IMG/VR virus record: IMGVR_UViG_3300043788_000101
Coordinates: 26,917 to 90,916 of that record
Origin: a virus
Length of the DNA: 64,000 nucleotides
Reading direction: 5' to 3' (one strand)
The position numbers and the translations under genes are program-made. Numbering within the stretch: the stretch's first letter is position 1; every line of letters starts with the position of its first letter. This document shows positions 1 through 9,745 of this stretch, piece by piece. The notes under the pieces are model-generated. The model did not search any database and had not been told where the DNA came from. It saw nothing but the letters and a program-made list of their open reading frames with translations.

Positions 1-2
1 GC

Positions 3-158
3 GGGCGCGAGACGTTCGACGCCATCCAGCGTCAGCAGCTCCACCCGATCGTGACGCTCGCGAATGGCCAGCTCCCGGGGCAACAGCAGCCGAAGGTCAT
101 CTCGTTCTCGGTCATCGACCTTGCGACTGGAGCAAAGGCGGCACGACGTGGCTGGTAG
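3..158 (+). CDS. 3' end of a probable head-tail connector protein (partial)
   Basis: Open frame GRETFDAIQRQQLHPIV...AARRGW* entering from the window edge, directly before the tail completion gene. Confidence 0.5.
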   Translation, partial: GRETFDAIQRQQLHPIVTLANGQLPGQQQPKVISFSVIDLATGAKAARRGW

Positions 159-606
159 TGGAGACGCGGCTGCAGCCGAGATGCAGAAGATCGCGAGCGC
201 GATTCGAGCGCTCACGCACGTGCCATCGCGCGCGAGCCGCGGGGCAGCGCACTCGATCGGCCAGCTCATCGATCGTCAGTTCGACACGGGGACCGATCCG
301 TACGGCAAGCGGTGGAAGCCGCTCAAGCCGAGCACGATCGCCCGCAAGGGCCACGCTCAGATCGGCGTCGATACCCATCGCATGCGCGATTCGCTCGAGG
401 TCAAGCCGATGAGCGGAGCCGGTGTGCAGATCACGGCCGGGCCCGAGTATACGGCCTACTTCTCGCGCAAGCGTCCGCTCTTTCCGACGCATGGCCTCCC
501 TCGCGCGTGGCGCAACGCCATCACGGACGCCCTCAACGTCGAAGCCAAGGCGGTTCTCGCCGGCACGGGCGCGACGGGCGCGATCCTCGACCAGGCCGCG
601 GAGTAG
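148..606 (+). CDS. Phage virion morphogenesis / tail completion protein (Mu gpG / P2 gpS-like)
   Basis: FDTGTDPYGKRWKPLKPSTIARK motif; GTG at 148 overlaps the upstream stop. Confidence 0.75.
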   Translation: MAGSGDAAAAEMQKIASAIRALTHVPSRASRGAAHSIGQLIDRQFDTGTDPYGKRWKPLKPSTIARKGHAQIGVDTHRMRDSLEVKPMSGAGVQITAGPEYTAYFSRKRPLFPTHGLPRAWRNAITDALNVEAKAVLAGTGATGAILDQAAE

Positions 607-609
607 AGC

Positions 610-1212
610 GTGACCGGAGTCATCACGCAGATCGTCGCCGCGCTCGGCGACACGCTGAACGTCCTCCTCACGAACGCGCAGCAACGCCCGCTCCAAGATG
701 GCAAGATCCTTATCGGTCGCGAGCACGTGGCGGACGGTTCCGCGGCTCCGCGCGTCGTCATGATCCCGATGACGTCGCGCTACGAGGTCGCGCGGCATTC
801 TCCGTCGACGTACCTGCCCGTCGACGCCAATGGGCGCGCATTGCGATGGCGAGCGCGCCCGCTCTGGTCGGAGGCGCTCACGATGCAGTGTCACTGCTGG
901 GGCGACACCGAGAGCTTCTCGGCCACCGACCCAGCGCGCGGCTTCAACGCCGCCCAGGCCCTAACGCATCGTCTCTTCACCGCGGCCTACCTCATCATGA
1001 CGGCCAACGGCTGCAGGCCGACCGCGGGCGCATGGGGAGACCAGGCGACCGACAAGCCGGATCTACTCACTTCGGGTCACTACACGGTAGTGGGGCTCGA
1101 GGTCGACATTCCGATCACCGATCAGGCGCTGCGATTCGTGCCGCCTGGCACGATGATCGAACGGCCGGATCCAGCGCGCAGCCCGCTATTCACGGCGCCA
1201 GCTGGCGACTAA
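610..1212 (+). CDS. Putative tail terminator / completion protein
   Basis: 200 aa, between morphogenesis and sheath genes; synteny only. Confidence 0.5.
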   Translation: MTGVITQIVAALGDTLNVLLTNAQQRPLQDGKILIGREHVADGSAAPRVVMIPMTSRYEVARHSPSTYLPVDANGRALRWRARPLWSEALTMQCHCWGDTESFSATDPARGFNAAQALTHRLFTAAYLIMTANGCRPTAGAWGDQATDKPDLLTSGHYTVVGLEVDIPITDQALRFVPPGTMIERPDPARSPLFTAPAGD

Positions 1213-1323
1213 CTGGGCGCTTTCGCACATACGGAAACCGCACGCATGCGCGTGTAACGCAGGCGCCCAGCCGGGCTGCCATGGGCCGACAACTATCAAC
1301 GGCAGCAAGAGGCAAAGAACTAC

Positions 1324-2892
1324 ATGGGCAGCAACGGATACGTTCAGGTCAATTTGGTCGACGGAGGAGGGGCCGCAATCGTCGTCCCCAACACGCAAGT
1401 GCAAGTCGTCATTGGTGTTGCTTCGTCTGGCACCGTCAGCACCATTACGGCCACGAAGTCGCCATCCACGCTAGCCTCAACCTTCGGCTGGGGTCCGCTG
1501 CCTGAGGCGGCAGCGCTCACGTGCCTCGCGGGCGGCACCGTGCTCGCGATTCCGGTCACCAAGGCTACAGCAGGCGCGCTCTCGGCGGTTACGACATCGC
1601 AGGGCACTGGAGGCTCGACGGGCACTTCGGTCACGACTGTCAGCGGCACGCCATACGACACATATTTCGTCGAGGTTCTCTATACGACGGGCGGCACGAT
1701 CGGAACTGGGCCAATCGCGTTCACGATATCGCTCGACGCCGGGCGGAGCTACTCGCCGACCATTCAGATCACGACCGCGACCACGTACCTCATTCCGGGC
1801 ACGAACATCACGCTCAACTTCGCGGCAGGCACCAAGGTCGCCGGCAACTACGATCAGTTCTGCTCGACTGAGCCGCTCTGGAACGATGCGGGAGTGCTCG
1901 TGGCGCTCAACGCGCTTGCCGCGAGCCCGTACGGTCAACAGGGCTTCGGCAGCATGCACATCGTCGGCGGGTCGACGTCGCCAGGCTTCGGCACGAGCGG
2001 CGCAGCTGGCAGCGACGTGACGGCCATCGCAGGGGACTCGTCGGGCTACATCACGGCGTGGTCCACGAACACCCAGCCCATCTACGCGGATGCGATCTTT
2101 TCGGCGCGTGACGCGGAGGCACCGACTGTCTGGGGCGGCAGCGGCGGTGAGACCGACTCGCAGTGGCAGACGTCGATCCTCACGGGTTTCAGCGCCGTCG
2201 CGGCGCGGCGCGCGAGCGTCTGCGCGGCCTACTACAACATGCCCTCGGCGCTCATCAACCCGCTCGGAATGGTGCCGCGGTTCCGGCGTTCGATCGCCTA
2301 CAGCGTGGCACAGCGCACCGTGCTCATGAGCGGTCCGCAGCGGAGCTGGGGCCGCGTCAAGGATGGCCCGCTCGGCAATATCGTCATCAATCCGCTGTCG
2401 GACCCGACCGACGGGTTCAACTACCACAACGAGGCGATCAACCCGGGGCTCAACGCCGGTCGCTTCGTCACGACGACGACGCGCGCGTATCTCCAGGGCG
2501 TCTACGTCCTTCAGGCCAACAACTTCGCCAGCACCGGCTCGCAGATCAACTCGCGGCCCCTCATGGCCGTCTGGAACGTGGCGGCCACGATCCTCGTCCA
2601 GGTGGGGCAAGACCTCATCAACGACAACGTGCGACTGCTGCCCGCGGGCACGCTCGATCCGCGCGACGCGGCGACGATTCAGTCGAACCTACTCTCGGCC
2701 ATCACCTCGAATATGACGGCGCAGCAGATGATCTCGAGTGCCACGGTCATCGTCGACCAGACCGCCAACGTTGGGCTCAACGGCATCGTGCCCATCACGT
2801 GCACGCTGACGGCGCGCGGCATAGTGCTCCAGGTCAACATCAACCTCCAGTACAGCGACTCGAGCCAGGCCGGCCCGGGACAGCTCGGCTAG
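1324..2892 (+). CDS. Contractile tail sheath protein
   Basis: 522 aa, G/T/A-rich, LASTFGWGPL N-terminal motif, sheath-like C-terminus, precedes the tube gene. Confidence 0.8.
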   Translation: MGSNGYVQVNLVDGGGAAIVVPNTQVQVVIGVASSGTVSTITATKSPSTLASTFGWGPLPEAAALTCLAGGTVLAIPVTKATAGALSAVTTSQGTGGSTGTSVTTVSGTPYDTYFVEVLYTTGGTIGTGPIAFTISLDAGRSYSPTIQITTATTYLIPGTNITLNFAAGTKVAGNYDQFCSTEPLWNDAGVLVALNALAASPYGQQGFGSMHIVGGSTSPGFGTSGAAGSDVTAIAGDSSGYITAWSTNTQPIYADAIFSARDAEAPTVWGGSGGETDSQWQTSILTGFSAVAARRASVCAAYYNMPSALINPLGMVPRFRRSIAYSVAQRTVLMSGPQRSWGRVKDGPLGNIVINPLSDPTDGFNYHNEAINPGLNAGRFVTTTTRAYLQGVYVLQANNFASTGSQINSRPLMAVWNVAATILVQVGQDLINDNVRLLPAGTLDPRDAATIQSNLLSAITSNMTAQQMISSATVIVDQTANVGLNGIVPITCTLTARGIVLQVNINLQYSDSSQAGPGQLG

Positions 2893-2915
2893 GCGCGTAG
2901 GAGAACTGCAAGCCC

Positions 2916-3449
2916 ATGGCAAACGTAGGACTAAACCTCGGCGTCCAGGTCGGGGGTTTCGGCGTCCCGCTCCAGTACCCGCTTATCAACGGCGTGTCGT
3001 ACTCGTTCGCGTCGATCGAGTTCAAATTCGCCGGAGGACCGCCAATCACGGCGGTTTTGTCGGTCGATTACAAGATCAACCGAGAGCGCAAGAAGACGTT
3101 CGGGACCAACGTCAACCCACTTCGCAAGACGCGAGGCAAGATCGACTACTCTTCCAAGTGGAAGATGGCGCTGCCCGAGGCCTACAACCTCATCGGAGCC
3201 CTGGGCGCACAGGACCCTTCCGGGCTGAACGCCTACGGCGACGTCTTCTGGGTGGCGACGGTCACGTACTCGGAGAACGGGTTCTCGACCAACGTCATCA
3301 CCATCGAAGGCAACACGATGGACACCTGGGAGAACTCGCACGCGGAAGGCGTCGAGGAGCCGGTGGTGGAATTTGAAACATCTCCATTAATGATATTGTT
3401 GAATGGCCAGCCCATGTCGTCGATTCCGTTGTCGGCGCCTCAGTTCTGA
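2916..3449 (+). CDS. Tail tube protein
   Basis: 177 aa, YPLINGVSYSFASIEF...P.RKTRGKIDY pattern, follows sheath. Confidence 0.75.
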   Translation: MANVGLNLGVQVGGFGVPLQYPLINGVSYSFASIEFKFAGGPPITAVLSVDYKINRERKKTFGTNVNPLRKTRGKIDYSSKWKMALPEAYNLIGALGAQDPSGLNAYGDVFWVATVTYSENGFSTNVITIEGNTMDTWENSHAEGVEEPVVEFETSPLMILLNGQPMSSIPLSAPQF

Positions 3450-3461
3450 TATACTGGGCGC

Positions 3462-4169
3462 GTGAAACGGGGCCCACGCAATCATACCGAACCTCAACGC
3501 TGCGACCTTTGCGCTACTGAGAACTCACTAGCGTTCAAGACGCAATGGCAGCACGTTTGCGAACCCTGCAAAGCTGCTAGGCGCGCGAAGTACCGCGAGA
3601 CGAATAGTAAACATGTGCTCGCGTATGCACGAGAGCGGTCCGCAAAGATTCGGGCTGAGCATCCCGAAAGAATCAGGGCGGCGAAACGAGCCTCGGACCG
3701 TCGATGTGCGGCGCGCAAGCGAGCCTACGATAAAAAGTACGCCGCCGAGCACCCAGACAAGATGCGTGAGATTTCGCGACGCGCAGTCAAGAAGTGGATG
3801 GCCAAGCCGGAAAACAAGGCGAAGCATATAGCCTGGACGAAGGCGAACCCAGAAAAGCGTCGCGCCTACGCCCGCAAGTGGATTGCCGCCAACCGCTGGC
3901 TGACGTGCCTGTACTCGCAAAACCGCCGGGCGCGTGAGCAACTGGTAGCCCACACCCTGACGCTAGCCGAGTGGCGAGCCATCCTCGACTACTTCGGTCA
4001 CGCGTGCGCGTACTGCCTGCGCGGCAACGTGAAGCTCACCATCGAGCACGTCGTCCCAATCATCGAAGGCGGCCCACACTCAGCCGAGAACGTGGTGCCA
4101 GCCTGCGCATCGTGCAACTCGACGAAGGGCCGACGTAGCATCCTCACGATGCTCAACCGCGCAGCCTAG
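3462..4169 (+). CDS. Free-standing HNH endonuclease
   Basis: CAYC...TIEHVVPI..GG.H..ENVVPAC..CNS.K. Confidence 0.9.
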   Translation: MKRGPRNHTEPQRCDLCATENSLAFKTQWQHVCEPCKAARRAKYRETNSKHVLAYARERSAKIRAEHPERIRAAKRASDRRCAARKRAYDKKYAAEHPDKMREISRRAVKKWMAKPENKAKHIAWTKANPEKRRAYARKWIAANRWLTCLYSQNRRAREQLVAHTLTLAEWRAILDYFGHACAYCLRGNVKLTIEHVVPIIEGGPHSAENVVPACASCNSTKGRRSILTMLNRAA

Positions 4170-4264
4170 TCACTCACACAAGTTTACCGGCCGGGTCACC
4201 AGCCGAGCAACGCAAAGCGGGTCGCCGCCGAGCGTTGCACCTTCATCCAAAGGAGACCCGAGCC

Positions 4265-4603
4265 ATGTCCGTCAGCGAAAGTGTAATCCCGCAAGCGAAA
4301 CTCGAAGCCCTCGAAGCCATGCACAAGCGCATCGGCGTCGTCACCCACCCCGACGGCAAGTCGTGGGCGGTCGTGCTGCGCAAGCCTGCGCGCTCCGAGT
4401 ACAAGCTGTTCAAAGCGAACGCCAACAACCCGAGCACGCAGGCGGAGGCGCAAGAGAAGCTCTTCAAGGCGACCTGCTTGATCCCCGAAGGTCAGCCGGC
4501 CATCGAAGCGCTGCTCGAGGACTGGCCGGGCATTCCTGAGGCCTGCAGCAAGACCTTTCAGATGCTCGCCGGCATGTCGGGTGTCGAAGAGGGAAAATCC
4601 TAA
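4265..4603 (+). CDS. Tail assembly chaperone (short form)
   Basis: 112 aa between tube and tape measure; ends in slippery G GGA AAA. Confidence 0.75.
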   Translation: MSVSESVIPQAKLEALEAMHKRIGVVTHPDGKSWAVVLRKPARSEYKLFKANANNPSTQAEAQEKLFKATCLIPEGQPAIEALLEDWPGIPEACSKTFQMLAGMSGVEEGKS

Positions 4604-4770
4604 TGTCCCTGCGCTACAAGCAGCGCAGGGACGCGATCACCTTTGCAGACGGGCTCGACGAGATGCTCCGCGGCGAGGACACGCTACCCGCAGAGGCTGC
4701 GCGTCTAAACGTCGCGGAGCTTCTTCTTATTTGCGGCAACTATATGACGGATGGTAAGTTCAGTAAGTGA
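4591..4770 (+). CDS. -1 frameshift extension of the tail assembly chaperone
   Basis: G GGA AAA at 4591-4597 in X XXY YYZ register; -1 frame stays open to TGA 4768-4770. Confidence 0.7.
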   Translation, partial: GKILMSLRYKQRRDAITFADGLDEMLRGEDTLPAEAARLNVAELLLICGNYMTDGKFSK

Positions 4771-5303
4771 ACCTAGCCAACTACGCGCGCGGCCCGCGAC
4801 CCAAGGGAGAGCCGCTTTGCTGCAACGGATGCGAGACGACCGATCCGAGCGCATTCCGTAACCCACTATGCGACAGATTCTGCATATCGTGCAGAGCTAT
4901 CAGGCGTAAAGCCAAGCTCAATCGGCCGTACTACATAAAGTACGCGAAACGCAGGCAGCAGGACCCGGAATTGCGAGCCCGTGACCGGGCGCAGAAACGC
5001 AAGCGCGAACGTGAGCGCTACGAGACTGAGCCTGGATACAGGGACCATAGGCGCAAGCGTCACGCGGCATGGAAACTGGGCATTGCGAGGTCCGACGTAG
5101 AGAGCCTCATCGAGGCAAAACGTAGGCCTTGTCCGATATGTATGAGACAAAGAACGGTGCGGCATATGGCGATAGACCATGACCACAAGACTGGGAAGGT
5201 ACGCGGCGTTATATGCATTTCGTGCAACACCGGAATAGGCCAGTTCCGAGATGACATAGAAGCCATGATGCGCGCCGTCGCGTACCTCAAAGAGCATAGT
5301 TAG
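4767..5303 (+). CDS. Endonuclease VII-domain protein (probable homing endonuclease)
   Basis: CPIC...IDHDHKTGKVRGVICISCNTGIGQFRDD. Confidence 0.9.
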   Translation: MNLANYARGPRPKGEPLCCNGCETTDPSAFRNPLCDRFCISCRAIRRKAKLNRPYYIKYAKRRQQDPELRARDRAQKRKRERERYETEPGYRDHRRKRHAAWKLGIARSDVESLIEAKRRPCPICMRQRTVRHMAIDHDHKTGKVRGVICISCNTGIGQFRDDIEAMMRAVAYLKEHS

Positions 5304-5570
5304 ATGGCCCGCATCCGAATCGTGACCAAGCGACCACCGCAGCCCGAACGCGTGCCTGGCTATCCGCGTATCAACGGCGTGCAGACGAGCCTCGTGGACT
5401 GCTACTTCTACGCCGTTGCCGACGACGGAACGGAGGAGCCGCTTCACGGCGTGACAGCGTTCGCGATTGATTGCTCGGAACCGACGGAAGCCCTCCGAGC
5501 CACGATTCAGTTCGTCGATGTGGACATCGACATCGAGGCGGAGACCAGCGACATACCGGAGCACGGGTAA
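5304..5570 (+). CDS. Hypothetical protein with a tube-like YPRING motif
   Basis: 88 aa ORF abutting both neighbours. Confidence 0.55.
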   Translation: MARIRIVTKRPPQPERVPGYPRINGVQTSLVDCYFYAVADDGTEEPLHGVTAFAIDCSEPTEALRATIQFVDVDIDIEAETSDIPEHG

Positions 5571-5573
5571 AGC

Positions 5574-7454
5574 GTGGCGATCGTATGGGGCGTGACGCTC
5601 AAGGACGGAGTCTCGACGTCAGCGAACCTGATTGGGTCCGCTATGGGCGACGCCGCCTCGCAGGCCAAAGTGCTCGCTGGGGCGATGAAGTCGGCGCAAG
5701 CAGCGGTCGCAAAGGCAGCGGCGCTCGGTGACGTGAAGGGTGCCCAAATAGCGGCAACACGGTTTCATGCTCTGAGCGCGACGTTAGAGTCACTGCCTCC
5801 GCACGCGGAAGCCGCCTCGGAAGGCGCCAGGGGACTTGGCGAGTCAATGACTGAATCCGTCTTCAAGGCGGAGGTGCTCAAAGACGCGCTCGAGGAGCTT
5901 GGCAAGAAAGCCGTCGAGGCGCTCAAGACGGGCTTCGAGTTCGCCATCGAGGCGAGCGAGAACCTCAAGCGCATGACAGCGCAGTTCGATGCGCTCGGGC
6001 CCGCAGGGCAGCACGCGGGCGCGCAGACCATCGCGGCCATCCGAGGGATCGCCAAGGAGGTCCCGCAGTCCGAGGCGCAGATCGCCGGCTGGGCTCGTTC
6101 GCTCCAAGCGACGGGCACGATCAAGCTCGACAAGCTCAAAGACCAGATCAAGGCCATCGCCGGGGCCGATGCGCTCGGTGCGGTCGAGGGTGCAGGGGAG
6201 GCGACACGAGCCGTCCTCGCGAAGCTCAACGAGACGTCGCAGAAGGGCGGCAAGACGCGCTTTACACTCGCGGAGCTGGCACCGACAGGCATCAGCGAAG
6301 CCGAATTGTTCAAGGCCATGGGGCCAAACATGAACGCGGCAGGCTTCGAGGCGGGCAAAAAGGCTGGCGCGATTACAGGCGCCCAGATCTCCGAGGCAAT
6401 CACCAAGGCCATCAACATCAAGAGCGGCGGTGCGCTCGCGGCGCAAATGGACGAGCTGTCGACGATCGCGACCAAGGCCAAAGACGGCTTGATGCACCTC
6501 TTCGAGGACGTCGACGTCTCGCCGCTGACAGATAGTCTCAAAAGCTTCTTTTCGATATTCGATCTTTCCGCGCCAAGTGGACAAGCGATCAAGCGAGGCA
6601 TCACGGCGGCATTCAAGGAGGTTTCCGCCATCCTACTCAAGGTCGGAGACGGTGTCCGCCACGTCATCATCGCGTTTCTGCAGGGAGCGATATTCATCAA
6701 GAAGCACGGCGAGGGAATCAAGGCGGTTGTGCTCGGGGTAGGAGCCACGATTCTCGTCGCCTTCGGGCCCGCGGCACTCATAGCCATTGGGGCGTATACG
6801 GCAGCCATGTGGGGCGCGGCGGTTGCGACCATTGCCGCTAATCTACCACTCATCTTGTGGGCGGCTGCCATAGGACTAGCGGTCGCCGCTATTATGTACT
6901 TCGCGCCGCAAATCAAGAAGTCGGCTCTCGCGATTGGCGAGTTTGCGACCAAGGGCTGGAACATGGCCGTCGACTTCGTGGCCAGTCTAGTGGACGGGTT
7001 CATGAGTGGCGTCAAGAAGGTCGAGGACGCAGCAAGCAAAATTGCGCACGCGGCAATCGACGCCGTCAAAAACATCTTCAAGGCTCATTCGCCATCCCAG
7101 GTCATGATGGATCTCGGCGTAGGCATTCCCGAAGGGATGGCTACCGGGATTTCGCAAGGCACCGGAAAAGCCGTCGGCGCGTCTCAAGACATGAGCGCGG
7201 ACGTCATGAGCGCGGCAACTCCTGGGCCACAATCTGGCAGCGGCGTCGAAGCGGCGCCAAAAGGCAGAGGCGGCGCAGCGTTAGGCGGTAGGGGTGGTGG
7301 AGGTGGCGGCTTCAATATCACGATCGAGAGCTTCGTCATCGAGGCGGGTCACGCATCCTCACCCGGGGAACTGAAGGAACTCGTCGAGGAAGGTTTCTCG
7401 ACGCTCGCCGATAGGCTGGCCATCATGGTCGGATCAGGACCTAGCCCGGCGTAG
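5574..7454 (+). CDS. Tape measure protein
   Basis: 626 aa Ala-rich helical protein with a hydrophobic segment and HSPSQVM motif. Confidence 0.85.
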   Translation: MAIVWGVTLKDGVSTSANLIGSAMGDAASQAKVLAGAMKSAQAAVAKAAALGDVKGAQIAATRFHALSATLESLPPHAEAASEGARGLGESMTESVFKAEVLKDALEELGKKAVEALKTGFEFAIEASENLKRMTAQFDALGPAGQHAGAQTIAAIRGIAKEVPQSEAQIAGWARSLQATGTIKLDKLKDQIKAIAGADALGAVEGAGEATRAVLAKLNETSQKGGKTRFTLAELAPTGISEAELFKAMGPNMNAAGFEAGKKAGAITGAQISEAITKAINIKSGGALAAQMDELSTIATKAKDGLMHLFEDVDVSPLTDSLKSFFSIFDLSAPSGQAIKRGITAAFKEVSAILLKVGDGVRHVIIAFLQGAIFIKKHGEGIKAVVLGVGATILVAFGPAALIAIGAYTAAMWGAAVATIAANLPLILWAAAIGLAVAAIMYFAPQIKKSALAIGEFATKGWNMAVDFVASLVDGFMSGVKKVEDAASKIAHAAIDAVKNIFKAHSPSQVMMDLGVGIPEGMATGISQGTGKAVGASQDMSADVMSAATPGPQSGSGVEAAPKGRGGAALGGRGGGGGGFNITIESFVIEAGHASSPGELKELVEEGFSTLADRLAIMVGSGPSPA

Positions 7455-7467
7455 CTGCAGACGATGG

Positions 7468-7731
7468 TCAACCGTGATTGGATAGATCCCACGTTTTCTC
7501 TAGCACAATAGTCTCTAACGCCTGCAATTGGACAATCATACTTCGTAGATCGATTACATAAAGACGAGCTTCGAGGTCGTCGGTAAAGCGTCGCACGGGA
7601 CGTGTGGCCTCTGGGTTGAAGCAGCGCGCGCATGCAGCGATGTCACGCAAGCTGAACGACTCTACGCGCCCAGACGAATCACGCAAAGTGTCGATGGTCA
7701 TGGTTGGAACAGATGATTTTGGCGTGTTCAC
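7468..7731 (-). CDS. Hypothetical antisense moron gene
   Basis: Fills the gap between tape measure and next gene; GGAGG-like RBS before GTG; lower GC. Confidence 0.45.
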   Translation of the reverse strand: MNTPKSSVPTMTIDTLRDSSGRVESFSLRDIAACARCFNPEATRPVRRFTDDLEARLYVIDLRSMIVQLQALETIVLEKTWDLSNHG

Positions 7732-7746
7732 GGAACCTCCTATGGC

Positions 7747-8388
7747 TTGTCACAAACACTATCACGGAGCACGATGACGCTTCAAGTCTCCACGGGTAGC
7801 TACCAAGTCAGCGCCAAGGCCGTGGGCGCCGCCCAATACAACCCGATCGATTACCCGGACCTCTACGACTACATCTACGTCAACGGACAGGAGTGCCCAG
7901 GCTGGTGCGTCGTCAGCGGCTGGGTCCGAAAGTGGGGATGGGAGAAAAAGACAGGCAAGGGAATCCAGGGAACGGTGCTCACCTTCACGGGCAAACCCTC
8001 GGCTGAGGGCGACATCATCTTCTATTTGACGGAGCCGGCAGATTTTGAGGAGTGGGTTACCTTCTTTCTCAACTTCAAATACGATGCAACGAAGAAGAAG
8101 CAGCTCTTCGCGGTGGACGTGCGGCATCCGCTGCTCGTTGATATAGGCGTGCGCGCCTGCGTCGTCGAGACCATCAGTCAGATCGAGCACGAGGGCCTCA
8201 ACCTCTGGTCGCGCAAAGTGCACCTCGTCGAGTACGCGCCTCCGCCGAAGGCCGCTTCCGTATCAACGCCGCAGGGCTCCACCAACAAGAGCGACGTGAA
8301 CACGTTCATAGGACCGCCTGCGCCTGACCCCACGAATCCGCTAGATACCAAGATAGCCTCGATGGCCGTAGAGCTTGGCCAGCCATAG
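7747..8388 (+). CDS. Putative tail tube initiator / baseplate protein
   Basis: 213 aa after tape measure; synteny. Confidence 0.5.
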   Translation: MSQTLSRSTMTLQVSTGSYQVSAKAVGAAQYNPIDYPDLYDYIYVNGQECPGWCVVSGWVRKWGWEKKTGKGIQGTVLTFTGKPSAEGDIIFYLTEPADFEEWVTFFLNFKYDATKKKQLFAVDVRHPLLVDIGVRACVVETISQIEHEGLNLWSRKVHLVEYAPPPKAASVSTPQGSTNKSDVNTFIGPPAPDPTNPLDTKIASMAVELGQP

Positions 8389-8391
8389 GCG

Positions 8392-9042
8392 ATGGCTCTC
8401 TGTCTCGTCAGCGGCCAGACCGCCGTGCACCTCGATCTCTCGATCCCGCTCTACGGCCTTTGGGTGGCGGATGTGGCGCTGTCGCTCGGCACCCTCATCG
8501 CCTCCGGTCCAGTGAGCCTCACGCTCGGCAACATGACGCTCAGCGGCGCCGTGTACCGGCAGAACGTTTTCGCGGGGCAAGTGAAGGCGCGGCTCGTGGG
8601 TGGCGCTGGCGGCTGGAACAAGAAGGTCGCGGCGCGCGGGTACAATAACCCGGCTGGCGTTCTCCTTTCGATGGTCCTCGGTGACGCGGCCATGGAGGTC
8701 GGTGAGACGGTCAGCGTCGCGCAAGATCAGGTCATCGGCAACTTCTACGCGCGCTTTGCCGACAAGGCCTCGCGCGTGCTCGCGGCCGTCGGGGGCCCGT
8801 CGTGGTGGGTTGATAGCTCCGGCGTGACACGTATCGGCCCGCGCACGGCGTCCACAATCAAAAGCTCGTTCGTCGTCGAGGACTACAAGCCGCACACGGG
8901 CGAGCTAGTCGTGTCGACCGAGGACTACGCGAGCTGGCAGCCGGGCGCGATGTTCACGTCAGCCACGACAGGCACGCAGACGATCGCGAGCGTGCGTCAC
9001 CAGATGAACGACACGGCGACCATGAGGGTGATGGCCGCATGA
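8392..9042 (+). CDS. Putative baseplate hub protein
   Basis: ASRVL...WWVDSSGVTRIG pattern; synteny. Confidence 0.6.
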   Translation: MALCLVSGQTAVHLDLSIPLYGLWVADVALSLGTLIASGPVSLTLGNMTLSGAVYRQNVFAGQVKARLVGGAGGWNKKVAARGYNNPAGVLLSMVLGDAAMEVGETVSVAQDQVIGNFYARFADKASRVLAAVGGPSWWVDSSGVTRIGPRTASTIKSSFVVEDYKPHTGELVVSTEDYASWQPGAMFTSATTGTQTIASVRHQMNDTATMRVMAA

Positions 9043-9494
9043 GCAACGCGACGCCGGAGATCGATCGCTGGGTCGCATCGATGCGCGAGATCGTGCGTCA
9101 AGAGAACGCGCGCTTCCTTTGGGGCGTCTACGACTACGTCGTGCAGAACGCCAACGGACCCGCAGACACGGTCGACTGCACGCCAGCCGATCCGAGTACG
9201 GGGGCTCCGTCGATCTCAGGGCTCGTCATCTGGACGGGGCTCCCGGGCAGCAGCTGCACGCCGGCCATCGGTTCGCACCTCGCGATCGTTTTTCTCGACG
9301 GCAACCGGGCGAAACCGCGTGTGATCTCGTTCGACGCGACGTCCCCGATCCCAGGCCAGACGCCACCTCCGATCGTCATCGGAAGCCAAGAGCCGTCACC
9401 CCCGGTTCCTCTGCCAGGTGCCGCTGCGCGCGTCGGCGACGCTGCGGGCCCGTTTCTGGTGACCACAGGCAGCAGCCTCATCTCACTCGGGTAA
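9039..9494 (+). CDS. Putative baseplate spike (gpV/gp45-like)
   Basis: PAIGSHLAIVFLDGNRAKP OB-fold-like motif and AARVGD. Confidence 0.7.
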   Translation: MSNATPEIDRWVASMREIVRQENARFLWGVYDYVVQNANGPADTVDCTPADPSTGAPSISGLVIWTGLPGSSCTPAIGSHLAIVFLDGNRAKPRVISFDATSPIPGQTPPPIVIGSQEPSPPVPLPGAAARVGDAAGPFLVTTGSSLISLG

Positions 9495-9498
9495 GAAC

Positions 9499-9729
9499 AT
9501 GCCGCTTGTAGGATCCGCACTATCGGCCGAGCTATTTACCGCGATGAGCGCGCGCGGTTGGTTCAACAAGGAATCGGTCGACGCGCAGCAGTTCTGCGAC
9601 GACCTAGCGGACACGATTGTGTCGTACTTCGTCGCGAACGCCGTCGTACTCCCTCTCACGCTCGGCGTCCCCACTCTCATCGCACCGTCAGGCGGCGGGC
9701 CAGTGACTGGCGTCGGATCCATCGAATAG
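9499..9729 (+). CDS. Small baseplate-associated protein
   Basis: 76 aa ending GGPVTGVGSIE, after the spike gene. Confidence 0.55.
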   Translation: MPLVGSALSAELFTAMSARGWFNKESVDAQQFCDDLADTIVSYFVANAVVLPLTLGVPTLIAPSGGGPVTGVGSIE

Positions 9730-9745
9730 AAAAGGACATTTTCCC

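Noticed and set aside
1477-7081. Long antisense ORFs opposite sheath and tape measure
   Set aside because: Shadow ORFs caused by GC3 bias
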